A stretch of 64,000 nt of DNA. It comes from an uncultured Flavobacteriaceae bacterium (GTDB lineage: Bacteria > Bacteroidota > Bacteroidia > Flavobacteriales > Flavobacteriaceae). Under the pieces are notes generated by a model. It had not been told where the DNA came from. It ran no database searches and saw only the letters and a list, made by a program, of their open reading frames with translations. Location of the stretch: assembly GCA_905181625.1 (NCBI GenBank), contig CAJIYJ010000001.1:30889-94888 (forward strand), given 5' to 3'. Positions within the stretch are counted from its first letter, which is position 1, and every line of letters begins with the position of its first letter. Position numbers and translations under genes: made by a program. Below, piece after piece: positions 45,183-54,202 of the stretch.

Positions 45183-46496
45183 TTATAAAATTAATACACG
45201 CACTTTTTTCTTTTTTAATCGTGTATTGTTTAATTTATCTGCCAATTGATCTGCTAATTTTTTAGGGACTGCAACAAACGCACAATCTTGTTTTAATTCT
45301 ATAGTCCCTAAATCATCTTTATTAATTTTTCCTTGTTTAAAAAAGAGTCCTGCTATATCTCCTTTAGAGATTTTATCTTTTCTTCCTCCAGAAATAAATA
45401 ACGTTTTCCATAACTGACTTTTTCGAACTGACTTTTTTGAGATATTTACTACTTTAGAGTTTTTAACGAACTCTGGCAGATCTTTATTTTCAAACTTCAT
45501 TACATACGCAGTTCCATTAGATTCTACTCTACCTACTCTCCCATTTCTATGTGTAAACTCTTCTAAAGTTCTAGACATTTCGTAATGAACAATAAATTTT
45601 AATTCTGGGATATCTATTCCCCTAGAAGCTAAATCTGTTGCAATTAAAATTTGACTGGTCCCATTTCTAAATTTAATTAACGAACGTTCCCTGTCTTTTT
45701 GCTCCATCCCCCCTGAAAAACAACTATGCATTATATTGTTTTTATCTAAAAAACGACTTACTTGTTCAATACTCTCTCTTAAATTACAAAAAACGATTCC
45801 TGGTTGATCACCTAGATATTCTATTAAATCTAAAAGAGCTTGTAATTTATTGTTTGAAGATAATTTTACTGTTTTAATCTCGAGTTTTGAAATTGTTTTT
45901 TCTGATAAATAATTAACAATTGTTGGATTATTTAAACGTACAAATCCTGGAATTTCGGCATTATGAGTTGCTGAAGTTAAAACTCGTTTATTTATATGCG
46001 GCAACTGGCCGATAATTTCTCTCATTTCCATTTCAAAACCAATTTCAAGAGATTTATCAAACTCATCTAGTATCAGGGTTTTTATGTTTTTTTTAGAAAA
46101 TCTATCGTTACTAAAATGATCTGCAATTCTACCTGGAGTTCCTATTAATATGGATGGTACATGTTTAATTTCAATTTTATCTTTAGACATGGGGCGTCCA
46201 CCATAAACGGCATTTACTTTAAAACCAGAGCCCATACTACGAGCAACTTGCTCAATTTGTATTGCAAGCTCCCTTGATGGAACTAAAATCAATGCTTGAA
46301 TGTCGTTGCATTCAGGATCCAAAATTTTAATAACAGACAATAAAAAAGCCAGTGTTTTTCCAGTTCCTGTTGGGGAAAGTAGAATAGTATTAATTGTATC
46401 ATTTATTACAGAAACAGCTTCCTCTTGCATTGGGTTTAATGCTTGGATATTTAATTTTGATAAAATATCTTGTTGTTCTTTTATACTATTTGCCAT
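45183..46496 (-). CDS. DEAD-box RNA helicase with a DbpA-type C-terminal RNA-binding domain
   Basis: 437-aa ORF. Motif I SPTGTGKT, Ia PSRELA, II DEFD (a variant of DEAD), III SAT, VI HRNGRVGR. The C-terminal FISGGRKDKISKGDIAGLF...FVAVP resembles the DbpA RBD. Confidence 0.85.
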   Translation of the reverse strand: MANSIKEQQDILSKLNIQALNPMQEEAVSVINDTINTILLSPTGTGKTLAFLLSVIKILDPECNDIQALILVPSRELAIQIEQVARSMGSGFKVNAVYGGRPMSKDKIEIKHVPSILIGTPGRIADHFSNDRFSKKNIKTLILDEFDKSLEIGFEMEMREIIGQLPHINKRVLTSATHNAEIPGFVRLNNPTIVNYLSEKTISKLEIKTVKLSSNNKLQALLDLIEYLGDQPGIVFCNLRESIEQVSRFLDKNNIMHSCFSGGMEQKDRERSLIKFRNGTSQILIATDLASRGIDIPELKFIVHYEMSRTLEEFTHRNGRVGRVESNGTAYVMKFENKDLPEFVKNSKVVNISKKSVRKSQLWKTLFISGGRKDKISKGDIAGLFFKQGKINKDDLGTIELKQDCAFVAVPKKLADQLADKLNNTRLKKKKVRVLIL

Positions 46497-46779
46497 GATG
46501 ATTATTTTTTTTTATCACTTTTTATTATCGTGTCATTTTACGACTATAGACAATGAAGAATAAACTTATAATATATCCATAATTTTAGATAGGTAAAATT
46601 ACAAAATTAGAATGATTAAGAATTTTATTTTTAATATTTAAAATTATAATAGGTATGGCTTAAGAAAAGTATAAAAAAACAAGAGTTAAAATTATTAAGC
46701 GACTCAGTAATTATCAGTTTATTAAATTAATAAACACTAGATATTGTGATTACGGCACGCTATTTGTTTAATAAAGATC

Positions 46780-47742
46780 ATGAACAAATTTTTAAAAGTA
46801 TTATCGTTATTTATTATTATTTTCAATCTTCAATCATGTTCAAATGATGATGAGGATTATGTTATGGAGCAACAAACAATTTCGGGGAAAATTGATTCAA
46901 GTATGAATTATACATATTTGGCTTACGCTCTTCAAAAAACTAATCTTAATTCCGTTTTAAACGGAACTGAGAAATACACTCTAATGGCACCATCCAATAT
47001 GGCTTTTAGAGCATTTTTGATGAATAATGGATTTAACACCATTGATGAAGTTCCAGAAAACTTATTAAAGCAGGTTTTATTAAATCATGTTTTAAAAAAT
47101 GAGTTAGAGTACAGAGACATCGAAACTGGATATTATAAAACAGTTGCTCTAAGTGAAGCTTCACTAGTTCCACTTTCAATATACATTAATCAAGTAAACA
47201 TGAGAGTTACATTAAATGGAGAGGCTAGAATAACACAGGGCAATGTAAGAGTTTCAAATGGTATTATCCACGCAGTGGATAGAGTAATTCCCTTACCCTC
47301 AGTAGTTACTTTTGCAAAAGCTGATCAAGGACTTACTAATTTGCTTATTGCTTTAACAAGATCAGATTTAACTGTTGATTTTGTAACAACCCTAAGTACT
47401 AAATTAGGAGCTTCTCCTGCCCCATTTACGGTTTTTGCACCTACTGATCAAGCATTTATGGATCTATTAGTTGAGCTTGGTGCTCAATCGCTAAGTGATA
47501 TTGATGAGCCTACTTTAAAATCTACGTTAAGCTATCATGTTATTGGCGGAACAAATGCTCTATCTACAGATTTGACAGATAATTTACAGCTAAACACTTT
47601 AGGAGGACCAATAACTGCTAATATTTCTGGAGGAGCAACTTTAACAGATGGAAATAACAGAGTTAGTAAAATTATAGCAGTTGATATTCAGGCTACAAAC
47701 GGAGTTATACATGTAATTGATAAAGTGATTTTACCTAATTAA
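46780..47742 (+). CDS. Fasciclin (FAS1) domain lipoprotein, two FAS1 repeats
   Basis: 320-aa ORF. Lipobox NLQSC. TLMAPSNMAF / NGIIHAVDRVIPLP and TVFAPTDQAF / NGVIHVIDKVILP are the H1/H2-type FAS1 motifs. Confidence 0.85.
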   Translation: MNKFLKVLSLFIIIFNLQSCSNDDEDYVMEQQTISGKIDSSMNYTYLAYALQKTNLNSVLNGTEKYTLMAPSNMAFRAFLMNNGFNTIDEVPENLLKQVLLNHVLKNELEYRDIETGYYKTVALSEASLVPLSIYINQVNMRVTLNGEARITQGNVRVSNGIIHAVDRVIPLPSVVTFAKADQGLTNLLIALTRSDLTVDFVTTLSTKLGASPAPFTVFAPTDQAFMDLLVELGAQSLSDIDEPTLKSTLSYHVIGGTNALSTDLTDNLQLNTLGGPITANISGGATLTDGNNRVSKIIAVDIQATNGVIHVIDKVILPN

Positions 47743-47791
47743 TTTTGTTATCGATTTATGTAATCATAAAATATATCATTTTTTTTATAGA

Positions 47792-47821
47792 CCTTAACTA
47801 CATAAATAGTTAGGGTTTTTT
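47792..47821 (+). terminator. Rho-independent terminator after the fasciclin gene
   Basis: The hairpin cttaacta-cataaa-tagttagg (8 bp including one G-U pair) is followed by gtttttt. Confidence 0.5.
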
Positions 47822-47856
47822 AATTTTTATGAAATAAATTAAGTGAGAAAATGTTC

Positions 47857-48144
47857 TTAAAAATTGTCTTTTTCAAACGCTTTTAAACTCCATACCATCT
47901 CTGGTTTATCTATATAGTCCGGTATTATATTAACAGCTTTAGCGTGAATATCTTCATCTATGTCATTAAACCTAACAATCCAATAATCAACTTTATTGAT
48001 TCTAGAAATACCTTCAATTAATTCAGCATCTATTTTATGCTTTTTTTTTAAGTAGTAAGCAAAAAAATAGCAACTTTTCCAACTTTGATCTTTTTTAGGT
48101 TTAAAATCTAAAAGAAATCCATCTATTAACTCCTGTCGTTTCAT
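47857..48144 (-). CDS. Hypothetical 95-aa protein
   Basis: Open frame only. No motif recognised and no signal peptide. It is isolated in a gene-poor stretch. Confidence 0.35.
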   Translation of the reverse strand: MKRQELIDGFLLDFKPKKDQSWKSCYFFAYYLKKKHKIDAELIEGISRINKVDYWIVRFNDIDEDIHAKAVNIIPDYIDKPEMVWSLKAFEKDNF

Positions 48145-48238
48145 TGTTACAAATTCTAAATTATCTACAAAGAAAGGTAAAAAATCTAAATAGATATAAT
48201 TTTAAAATCTAGTCTGATAATTTAATATATTAAAAAAA

Positions 48239-48418
48239 ATGAAATTTAAATTTTTTATAGTTCTCATATTTATTAGTACAGTAAACTTTTCCTTTGCTCA
48301 ACAATTACAACTTGAAAAGTATCCTGAGAAGAATCAGTTGTTTCCACGTGACAAAAATGATATGGCATTTGTTGTTTTTTCAGGATTTATCATTGATGAG
48401 GCTGATTTTAATTATTAA
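48239..48418 (+). CDS. 59-aa ORF with a signal peptide, probably the truncated 5' end of a larger exported protein
   Basis: Hand translation gives MKFKFFIVLIFISTVNFSFAQQLQLEKYPEKNQLFPRDKNDMAFVVFSGFIIDEADFNY*. It is followed by about 370 nt without a credible ORF. Confidence 0.3.
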   Translation: MKFKFFIVLIFISTVNFSFAQQLQLEKYPEKNQLFPRDKNDMAFVVFSGFIIDEADFNY

Positions 48419-48792
48419 ATAAATATTTTTATTTTACAATTTAGTAGTTAAATCTTTTTTCAGATGATGTCTTTTAGTATTTCTAATTCAGATCTCTAGT
48501 GCATCATTATACATTCATGTATCTTTTCAGACTTCCCATCCAAACATTTCATTGTATAATTCTTCCTCGGACATTTCTGAATCACCATAAATATTAAAAC
48601 CTTCACAAATAATATTCAATCAGACTTTAATAAAACCAATGTGATAAAAAAAAGTTAAAAACATTAATGAATAATCAATAAACTCTTACTCTAAATTAGA
48701 ATAAAGCAAAATACTATATGTTTCTAAATAAAAACCGTCTACAAATAAGATAAAGATTACATTTGCGCGTTTAAAAAATTAAAATATTTTCG

Positions 48793-50406
48793 TTGAAAAA
48801 ACTACTCAAAAACTTCAGTCAAAATCCTAAAAATGATATCCTTTCAGGAATAACAGTTGCACTAGCATTGATTCCAGAAGCAGTAGCTTTTGCATTTATT
48901 GCTGGAATAGATCCACTTGTCGGACTTTATGGAGCTTTTATTATGGGTATAATAACAGCTCTTTTTGGAGGAAGGCCAGGAATGATTTCTGGAGCTACAG
49001 GTGCCATGGCAGTTGTTATGATTCATATGATTCAAAAAGGGAATGAATTCGGAAACGCTCTATTAAACCCAGTTGAAAACTTAGGATTACATTGGCTTTT
49101 CATCACTCTATTAATTGTTGGTCTGATTCAAGTTTCAGCAGGGGTTTTTAAACTTGGAAAGTTTGTTCGATTAATTCCACATTCTGTAATGATGGGATTT
49201 GTTAATGGTTTAGCAATTGTAATTTTCTTGTCACAATTAGGTTTATTTCAAAAAAACTCAATAAACGGAACTCAATGGATTAGCGGAACTGAATTATACA
49301 CTATGCTTGCCTTGGTCGCTACAACAATGCTAATTATGTTTTACCTTCCTAAGTTAACTAATAAAGTTCCAGCAGCTTTAGTTGCCATAGTTAGTGTTGC
49401 ACTGATTACTATAATAGCAGGTCTTGAAGTGTCAACAGTCGGTTCTTTTATTCTTGATGGAGGAGGTGAAGGACTTAAAGGTGGATTACCAGTTTTTCAA
49501 GGACAAATATTTGAATTACTATATACCCTTGAAGGGCATTGGGATTTAATTATATCTACAGCTGTATTACTAGCAGCAGTAGGGCTAATTGAGTCATTAA
49601 TGACTCTTAACCTTGTGGATGAAATAACACAAACTCGTGGAAGCGGAAATCGTGAATGTCTAGCACAAGGGGGTGCTAATTTTTTAAATGGACTTTTCGG
49701 CGGAATGGGTGGATGTGCTATGATCGGTCAATCTATCATAAATGTAAATTCTGGAGGAAGAGGTCGTTTATCGGGAATTGTAGCATCAGTTTCCTTATTG
49801 TTTTTTATTCTTTTTGGATCAAGTGTGATAGAGCAGATTCCTATTGCTGCATTAGTTGGAGTAATGTTTATGGTAGTAATTGGCACTTTTGCATGGAGCA
49901 GCTTAAGGATTTTACATAAAATTCCTAAATCAGATGCTTTTGTACTTATTACAGTCTCCGCAATTACTGTTTGGCAAGATTTAGCAATAGCCGTGATTGT
50001 TGGAGTTATTATTTCTGCTTTAGTATTTGCTTGGGAAAACGCAACTATGATTAGAGCTAGAAAACGCGTTAAAAAAGATGGAACGAAAGTATATGAAATT
50101 TGGGGGCCATTATTTTTTGGATCAATTCAAAACTTTAACTCTAAATTTGATGTCCAAAACGATCCGTCAAATATAGAGATAGACTTCATAGAATCAAGAG
50201 TAAGTGATCACTCTGGAATTGAATCAATTGAGAATTTAATTCAGAAATATTCAAAAGTAAATAAAAAGGTGAAATTAACACACCTTAGCCCTGAATGTAA
50301 AACCTTACTACTTAAGGCTAATCCATTAATAGAGAACAGTATTAAGGATTCTATAGATGATCCTAGATATTACGTGGTAACTGATCTAATTGATCGTGAA
50401 ATTTAA
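48793..50406 (+). CDS. SulP family anion transporter with a C-terminal STAS domain
   Basis: 537-aa ORF with a TTG start. N-terminal DILSGITVALALIPEAVAFAFIAG. Multiple TM segments. The soluble tail (YEIWGPLFFGS...VKLTHLS) is typical of STAS. Confidence 0.85.
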   Translation: MKKLLKNFSQNPKNDILSGITVALALIPEAVAFAFIAGIDPLVGLYGAFIMGIITALFGGRPGMISGATGAMAVVMIHMIQKGNEFGNALLNPVENLGLHWLFITLLIVGLIQVSAGVFKLGKFVRLIPHSVMMGFVNGLAIVIFLSQLGLFQKNSINGTQWISGTELYTMLALVATTMLIMFYLPKLTNKVPAALVAIVSVALITIIAGLEVSTVGSFILDGGGEGLKGGLPVFQGQIFELLYTLEGHWDLIISTAVLLAAVGLIESLMTLNLVDEITQTRGSGNRECLAQGGANFLNGLFGGMGGCAMIGQSIINVNSGGRGRLSGIVASVSLLFFILFGSSVIEQIPIAALVGVMFMVVIGTFAWSSLRILHKIPKSDAFVLITVSAITVWQDLAIAVIVGVIISALVFAWENATMIRARKRVKKDGTKVYEIWGPLFFGSIQNFNSKFDVQNDPSNIEIDFIESRVSDHSGIESIENLIQKYSKVNKKVKLTHLSPECKTLLLKANPLIENSIKDSIDDPRYYVVTDLIDREI

Positions 50407-50439
50407 AAACAACTAATATCATCTATATCAAACAGTTAA

Positions 50440-50607
50440 TTAATTTGGATCATTTTCTAATATTTCAAAAAATTTAGAAATAGAAATACCTAAGCCTACA
50501 CATAACTTATTTAAAATTTTAACAGAAATATTTTTCAAGTTTCTTAATAAAGAAACCTGTTTTATACTGCATGACAAATATGATTCACTCAATACTTTTA
50601 ATCGCAA
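50440..50607 (-). pseudogene. Possible remnant of an XRE-family HTH regulator
   Basis: The minus-strand frame reads (L)RLKVLSESYLSCSIKQVSLLRNLKNISVKILNKLCVGLGISISKFFEILENDPN*. It resembles the second half of a Cro/C1-type HTH (...S.SYLS.IE.G.RN.S...L.KL...LGIS...FF). The first helices and an ATG are missing. Confidence 0.3.
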
Positions 50608-50719
50608 CAGACTAAAATGAGTGTATTAATTTAAGTATAATTTTTATTAATTAAAATATTAACAAAATTAAAAATTCTTTAAAAAGTTGTTTAAATAAAA
50701 TATGGTATTTAATTATAAA

Positions 50720-51505
50720 CTAAGAAGACCTTAGAATTCCTCCGTCAATTGGAATATTGGTCCCGTTTATATAAGCAGCATTATCAGAAGCTAAAAAAGT
50801 TATTAAATGTCCTAATTCACTAGGTTTACCAAGTCTTTTTAACGGAACTAAACTTTTCATTTCATCCAAAACATCATCAATTTTAATGTTTAATTTGTTA
50901 GCTTTTAAAGAATTAAGTTCCTTAATTCTTTGAGTCTCAAATAATCCTGTTAAAATATTATTCACAGTTATTCCGTAAACTGCTAAATCATTTGAAAGGG
51001 ATTTCCCCCATGAGCATACTGCTGACCTTATAGAGTTTGACAAAGCCAAGTAACTTAAAGGCTCTTTAATTGAAACTGAAGTCATGTTTATTACTCTCCC
51101 CCATTTGTTTTTTTTCATATTTTCTAAAACTAACATAGTGGTGTAAACTACGCTTTTAAAAAGCAGATCAAATGACTTTTGATAGTCATCAATGGAAACA
51201 CTTGAAACATCTCCTGATTTTGGACCTTGTGTGTTATTAACCAAAATATCAATATTATTTGTCGATAAATATTTCTTTATTTTAATTTGATAGCTATTAA
51301 AATTATTGTAGTCTACAACAATGTAATCATGCTTTAATCCAGTTTCAAAATTAAGATCTTTAACAATCTTAGAAAGCTTAAACTTGTCCCTAGCAACAAA
51401 AGTAACCCTAGCTCCAGAAACAGCTAACTGCTTTGCTACAGCATAGCCTAACCCACTACTGCTTCCACCTACTAATGCTCTTTTATACTTAAGTGATATA
51501 TTCAT
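50720..51505 (-). CDS. Atypical SDR-family oxidoreductase (BKR-like subgroup lacking the canonical Y-x3-K)
   Basis: 261-aa ORF. Glycine-rich GGSSGLGYAVA, then NNTQGP. SVS...LALSNSIRSAV occupies the position where classical SDRs have S...YxxxK. PIDGGI near the C-terminus. Confidence 0.75.
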   Translation of the reverse strand: MNISLKYKRALVGGSSSGLGYAVAKQLAVSGARVTFVARDKFKLSKIVKDLNFETGLKHDYIVVDYNNFNSYQIKIKKYLSTNNIDILVNNTQGPKSGDVSSVSIDDYQKSFDLLFKSVVYTTMLVLENMKKNKWGRVINMTSVSIKEPLSYLALSNSIRSAVCSWGKSLSNDLAVYGITVNNILTGLFETQRIKELNSLKANKLNIKIDDVLDEMKSLVPLKRLGKPSELGHLITFLASDNAAYINGTNIPIDGGILRSS

Positions 51506-51813
51506 TTATATTCTTCTCTTACTGGACTAAAAACATCCATTAATTTACAATTAGTCAAAGCTTTTCCGGAATGTCGAACATTTGAAGGAATTACAACAAC
51601 ATCACCATCAGAATATATATTTGGTTTTCCATTTAATACAAACTCAAAATTTCCTTTAACAACGTGCATGATTTGTTCATTAATATGCTGATGCTCATTC
51701 ACTAAAGACCCTTTTTCAACTTCCCAAAACACCCAGCTTATTTGTTCGCCATGCACAAACTTTCCTTTAATACCAGGAAAAACTTCTCTTTGTTCTATTT
51801 CTTTTAGATTCAT
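51502..51813 (-). CDS. Cupin domain protein
   Basis: 103-aa ORF. Cupin motifs around GSLVNEHQHINEQIMHVVKG and GDVVVIPSNVRHSG. Its stop overlaps the SDR start by 4 nt. Confidence 0.7.
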   Translation of the reverse strand: MNLKEIEQREVFPGIKGKFVHGEQISWVFWEVEKGSLVNEHQHINEQIMHVVKGNFEFVLNGKPNIYSDGDVVVIPSNVRHSGKALTNCKLMDVFSPVREEYK

Positions 51814-51927
51814 AACTATGTCAATTAAATCTAAGTTATAAAAATATACGTATAGTTAACGAACAACTAATGAAATGAAAAAGATAATTATATTTGATCT
51901 GATCATTTTAGTAAAAATCAAATTATA

Positions 51928-52881
51928 ATGCATATTACTTTCAAAAAAATATTTAGTCGTTTCGTTGGTTATATTCCATTTATAATTTGCTTCATAATAC
52001 TTTGCTATAGTGAGACGTTTAATTCAATAAGTTCTTTAAATGGCTTAACGCAATTAATTCTTTTTATAATTATAGTTAGCATTCCTGCACATATCACTAA
52101 AAGGATGTCATATGTTGACATAGGTTGGCCCTGGGGACTTGTTTGTATTGGTGCTATAGTCTTAATGAATGGTGACGGATATTGGTTAAGAAATTATATT
52201 ATTTCAGGGATGTACATATTTGCTGGGTTAAGGATGGGTATAGGAGCTTTAGTATTAATGAAAAATGGACACTTAAACAAAGAATTATCTAGATATGAGT
52301 ATCAAAGAAAAAGATGGAAAAAATCAGGGTATTCTAATGATGATATTTCATTACAATATGAAATTATGATACAATGTTTTGCTAATATTACTTTCTTGGC
52401 ATTACCAGCAATAATACAAAGTTATAACCCTCAAGAGTACATTTCTCCATTAGAAATATTTGGCTATATTTTATGGATAATATTTTTTGCAATTGAACAT
52501 ATCTCAGATTTACAAAAGCAAAAATTTTTAAAAAAATCTTTCTTAGAAGGAAAGAAAAATCAAGTTTGCAATGTTGGTTTTTGGAAGTATACGCGTCACC
52601 CTAATTATTTTGCAGAATGGATGCTTTGGAATTCTCTAATTATTTCATCTTTACCATCCTTATTCTACTTTTATTCAATTGAATCGCAATTAATTTGGAT
52701 AGGAATGCTTGTATCACTTATTTACATTTCAAAAATAATGTACAATACTCTTGTTTACTATACTGGAGCTATACCTTCTGAATATTATTCATTAAAAAAA
52801 AGACCGAATTATAAAAAAATTCAAAAAAATACCAATATGTTTTTCCCTGGATTTCCAAAACAAAATAATAATGATACTTAG
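51928..52881 (+). CDS. DUF1295 / steroid-5-alpha-reductase-like membrane protein
   Basis: 317-aa polytopic ORF. The C-terminal GFWKYTRHPNYFAEWMLW motif is typical of the DUF1295/ICMT-like superfamily. Confidence 0.65.
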   Translation: MHITFKKIFSRFVGYIPFIICFIILCYSETFNSISSLNGLTQLILFIIIVSIPAHITKRMSYVDIGWPWGLVCIGAIVLMNGDGYWLRNYIISGMYIFAGLRMGIGALVLMKNGHLNKELSRYEYQRKRWKKSGYSNDDISLQYEIMIQCFANITFLALPAIIQSYNPQEYISPLEIFGYILWIIFFAIEHISDLQKQKFLKKSFLEGKKNQVCNVGFWKYTRHPNYFAEWMLWNSLIISSLPSLFYFYSIESQLIWIGMLVSLIYISKIMYNTLVYYTGAIPSEYYSLKKRPNYKKIQKNTNMFFPGFPKQNNNDT

Positions 52882-54152
52882 ATCTTTTTAGATAGTTTTT
52901 CTAACGTTAATCCTTGAACTAATATTGAAAATAACACAACTGAATAACTTAAGAAAAGAAGAAGATCTTTACCTTGACCAAGCTGGTCTGGTAAATTAAG
53001 AGCTAAAGCGATACTTAACCCTCCCCTTAGACCTCCCCATGAAATTATAAATGCTGTTCCTTTTTCAAAAGTTTTAAAAAAAGAAAGAAATTTAATTGGA
53101 ACGAATACACCAATAGATCTAGAAATCACAACAATAAATATTGTTAAAATTGAAATAATTAAATAGGTTGAGTTAAAGTTTTGAAAAATCGGAATTATGG
53201 CTAACCCTATTAAGATAAATAATATCGCATTTAAAGTTTCATCTAAAAGGTGCCAAAATTTATACACATAATCTCCCATTGCTTTTTGTACTCCAACTTC
53301 TCCACTTTCAGTATCAATATTTCTGTTTAAAAATAGCCCCATCATCACAACTCCTAAAGGACCAGAAAAATGAAATTTACTTGAAATTATTGAAACTAAT
53401 AAAACTAGAGAAAGAGTTATTAATACCTCTAATTCAACATGTTCATTTTCAACATATTTAACTAGTTTCAGACCTAGATATCCTAAAAGACATCCTATAA
53501 AAATTCCACCAAACACTTCATTAGCAAAAAGAGAACTTACACTTCCTATTGTTATATTTTCAATTCCTGATATTTTAACTTTTAAAAGAGTTAAAAAAAC
53601 AACTACCCCTATCCCATCATTAAATAGAGATTCTCCAGCAATTCTAGTTTCAGTAGTAGGTGATAATTTCATTTTCTTTACAATTGAAAGAACTGCAATA
53701 GGATCTGTTGGAGCTATTAAAGCTCCGAATAACAAGCAATCAACTAAAGTCAGACCTAGTGTGTTTAAACCAAAAAAAGGTTGCTCAATTAACCAAAAAA
53801 CTCCTAGCCCAACTGCAAAGGTTGAAAAAACGACGCCAAAACTAGCTAACAATAATATTGTGAGTTTATCTTTTAGTAACTGATGAACATTTACACTTAT
53901 GGCTCCTGCAAAAAGAAGAAAAGGAAGCATTATGTCGATCAATAAAACACTAAAATCAAAACTGTTATTCATCTCAATAACTGATTCCAAAAACTCTGGA
54001 AAGATTAAACCAATTATTAAAATAAATACAGATAACCCAATAGCTAAAACCATCAAACCTATAGTTTGTGGTAATTTCAATAGCCTTAAATTAATTATTG
54101 AAAAAAAAGAAGCTAATAATAAAAGTATTCCTGTAAGTTCAAGTACGTTCAT
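52878..54152 (-). CDS. Na+/H+ (cation:proton) antiporter, CPA1/NhaP-type
   Basis: 424-aa polytopic ORF. FGALIAPTDPIAV and ESLFNDGIGVV motifs are characteristic of the Na_H_Exchanger family. Confidence 0.8.
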   Translation of the reverse strand: MNVLELTGILLLLASFFSIINLRLLKLPQTIGLMVLAIGLSVFILIIGLIFPEFLESVIEMNNSFDFSVLLIDIMLPFLLFAGAISVNVHQLLKDKLTILLLASFGVVFSTFAVGLGVFWLIEQPFFGLNTLGLTLVDCLLFGALIAPTDPIAVLSIVKKMKLSPTTETRIAGESLFNDGIGVVVFLTLLKVKISGIENITIGSVSSLFANEVFGGIFIGCLLGYLGLKLVKYVENEHVELEVLITLSLVLLVSIISSKFHFSGPLGVVMMGLFLNRNIDTESGEVGVQKAMGDYVYKFWHLLDETLNAILFILIGLAIIPIFQNFNSTYLIISILTIFIVVISRSIGVFVPIKFLSFFKTFEKGTAFIISWGGLRGGLSIALALNLPDQLGQGKDLLLFLSYSVVLFSILVQGLTLEKLSKKI

Positions 54153-54202
54153 GTAAATAAAGATTGGTTATCTATAACTAAAATAGAAAATTATAAGAAT
54201 AT

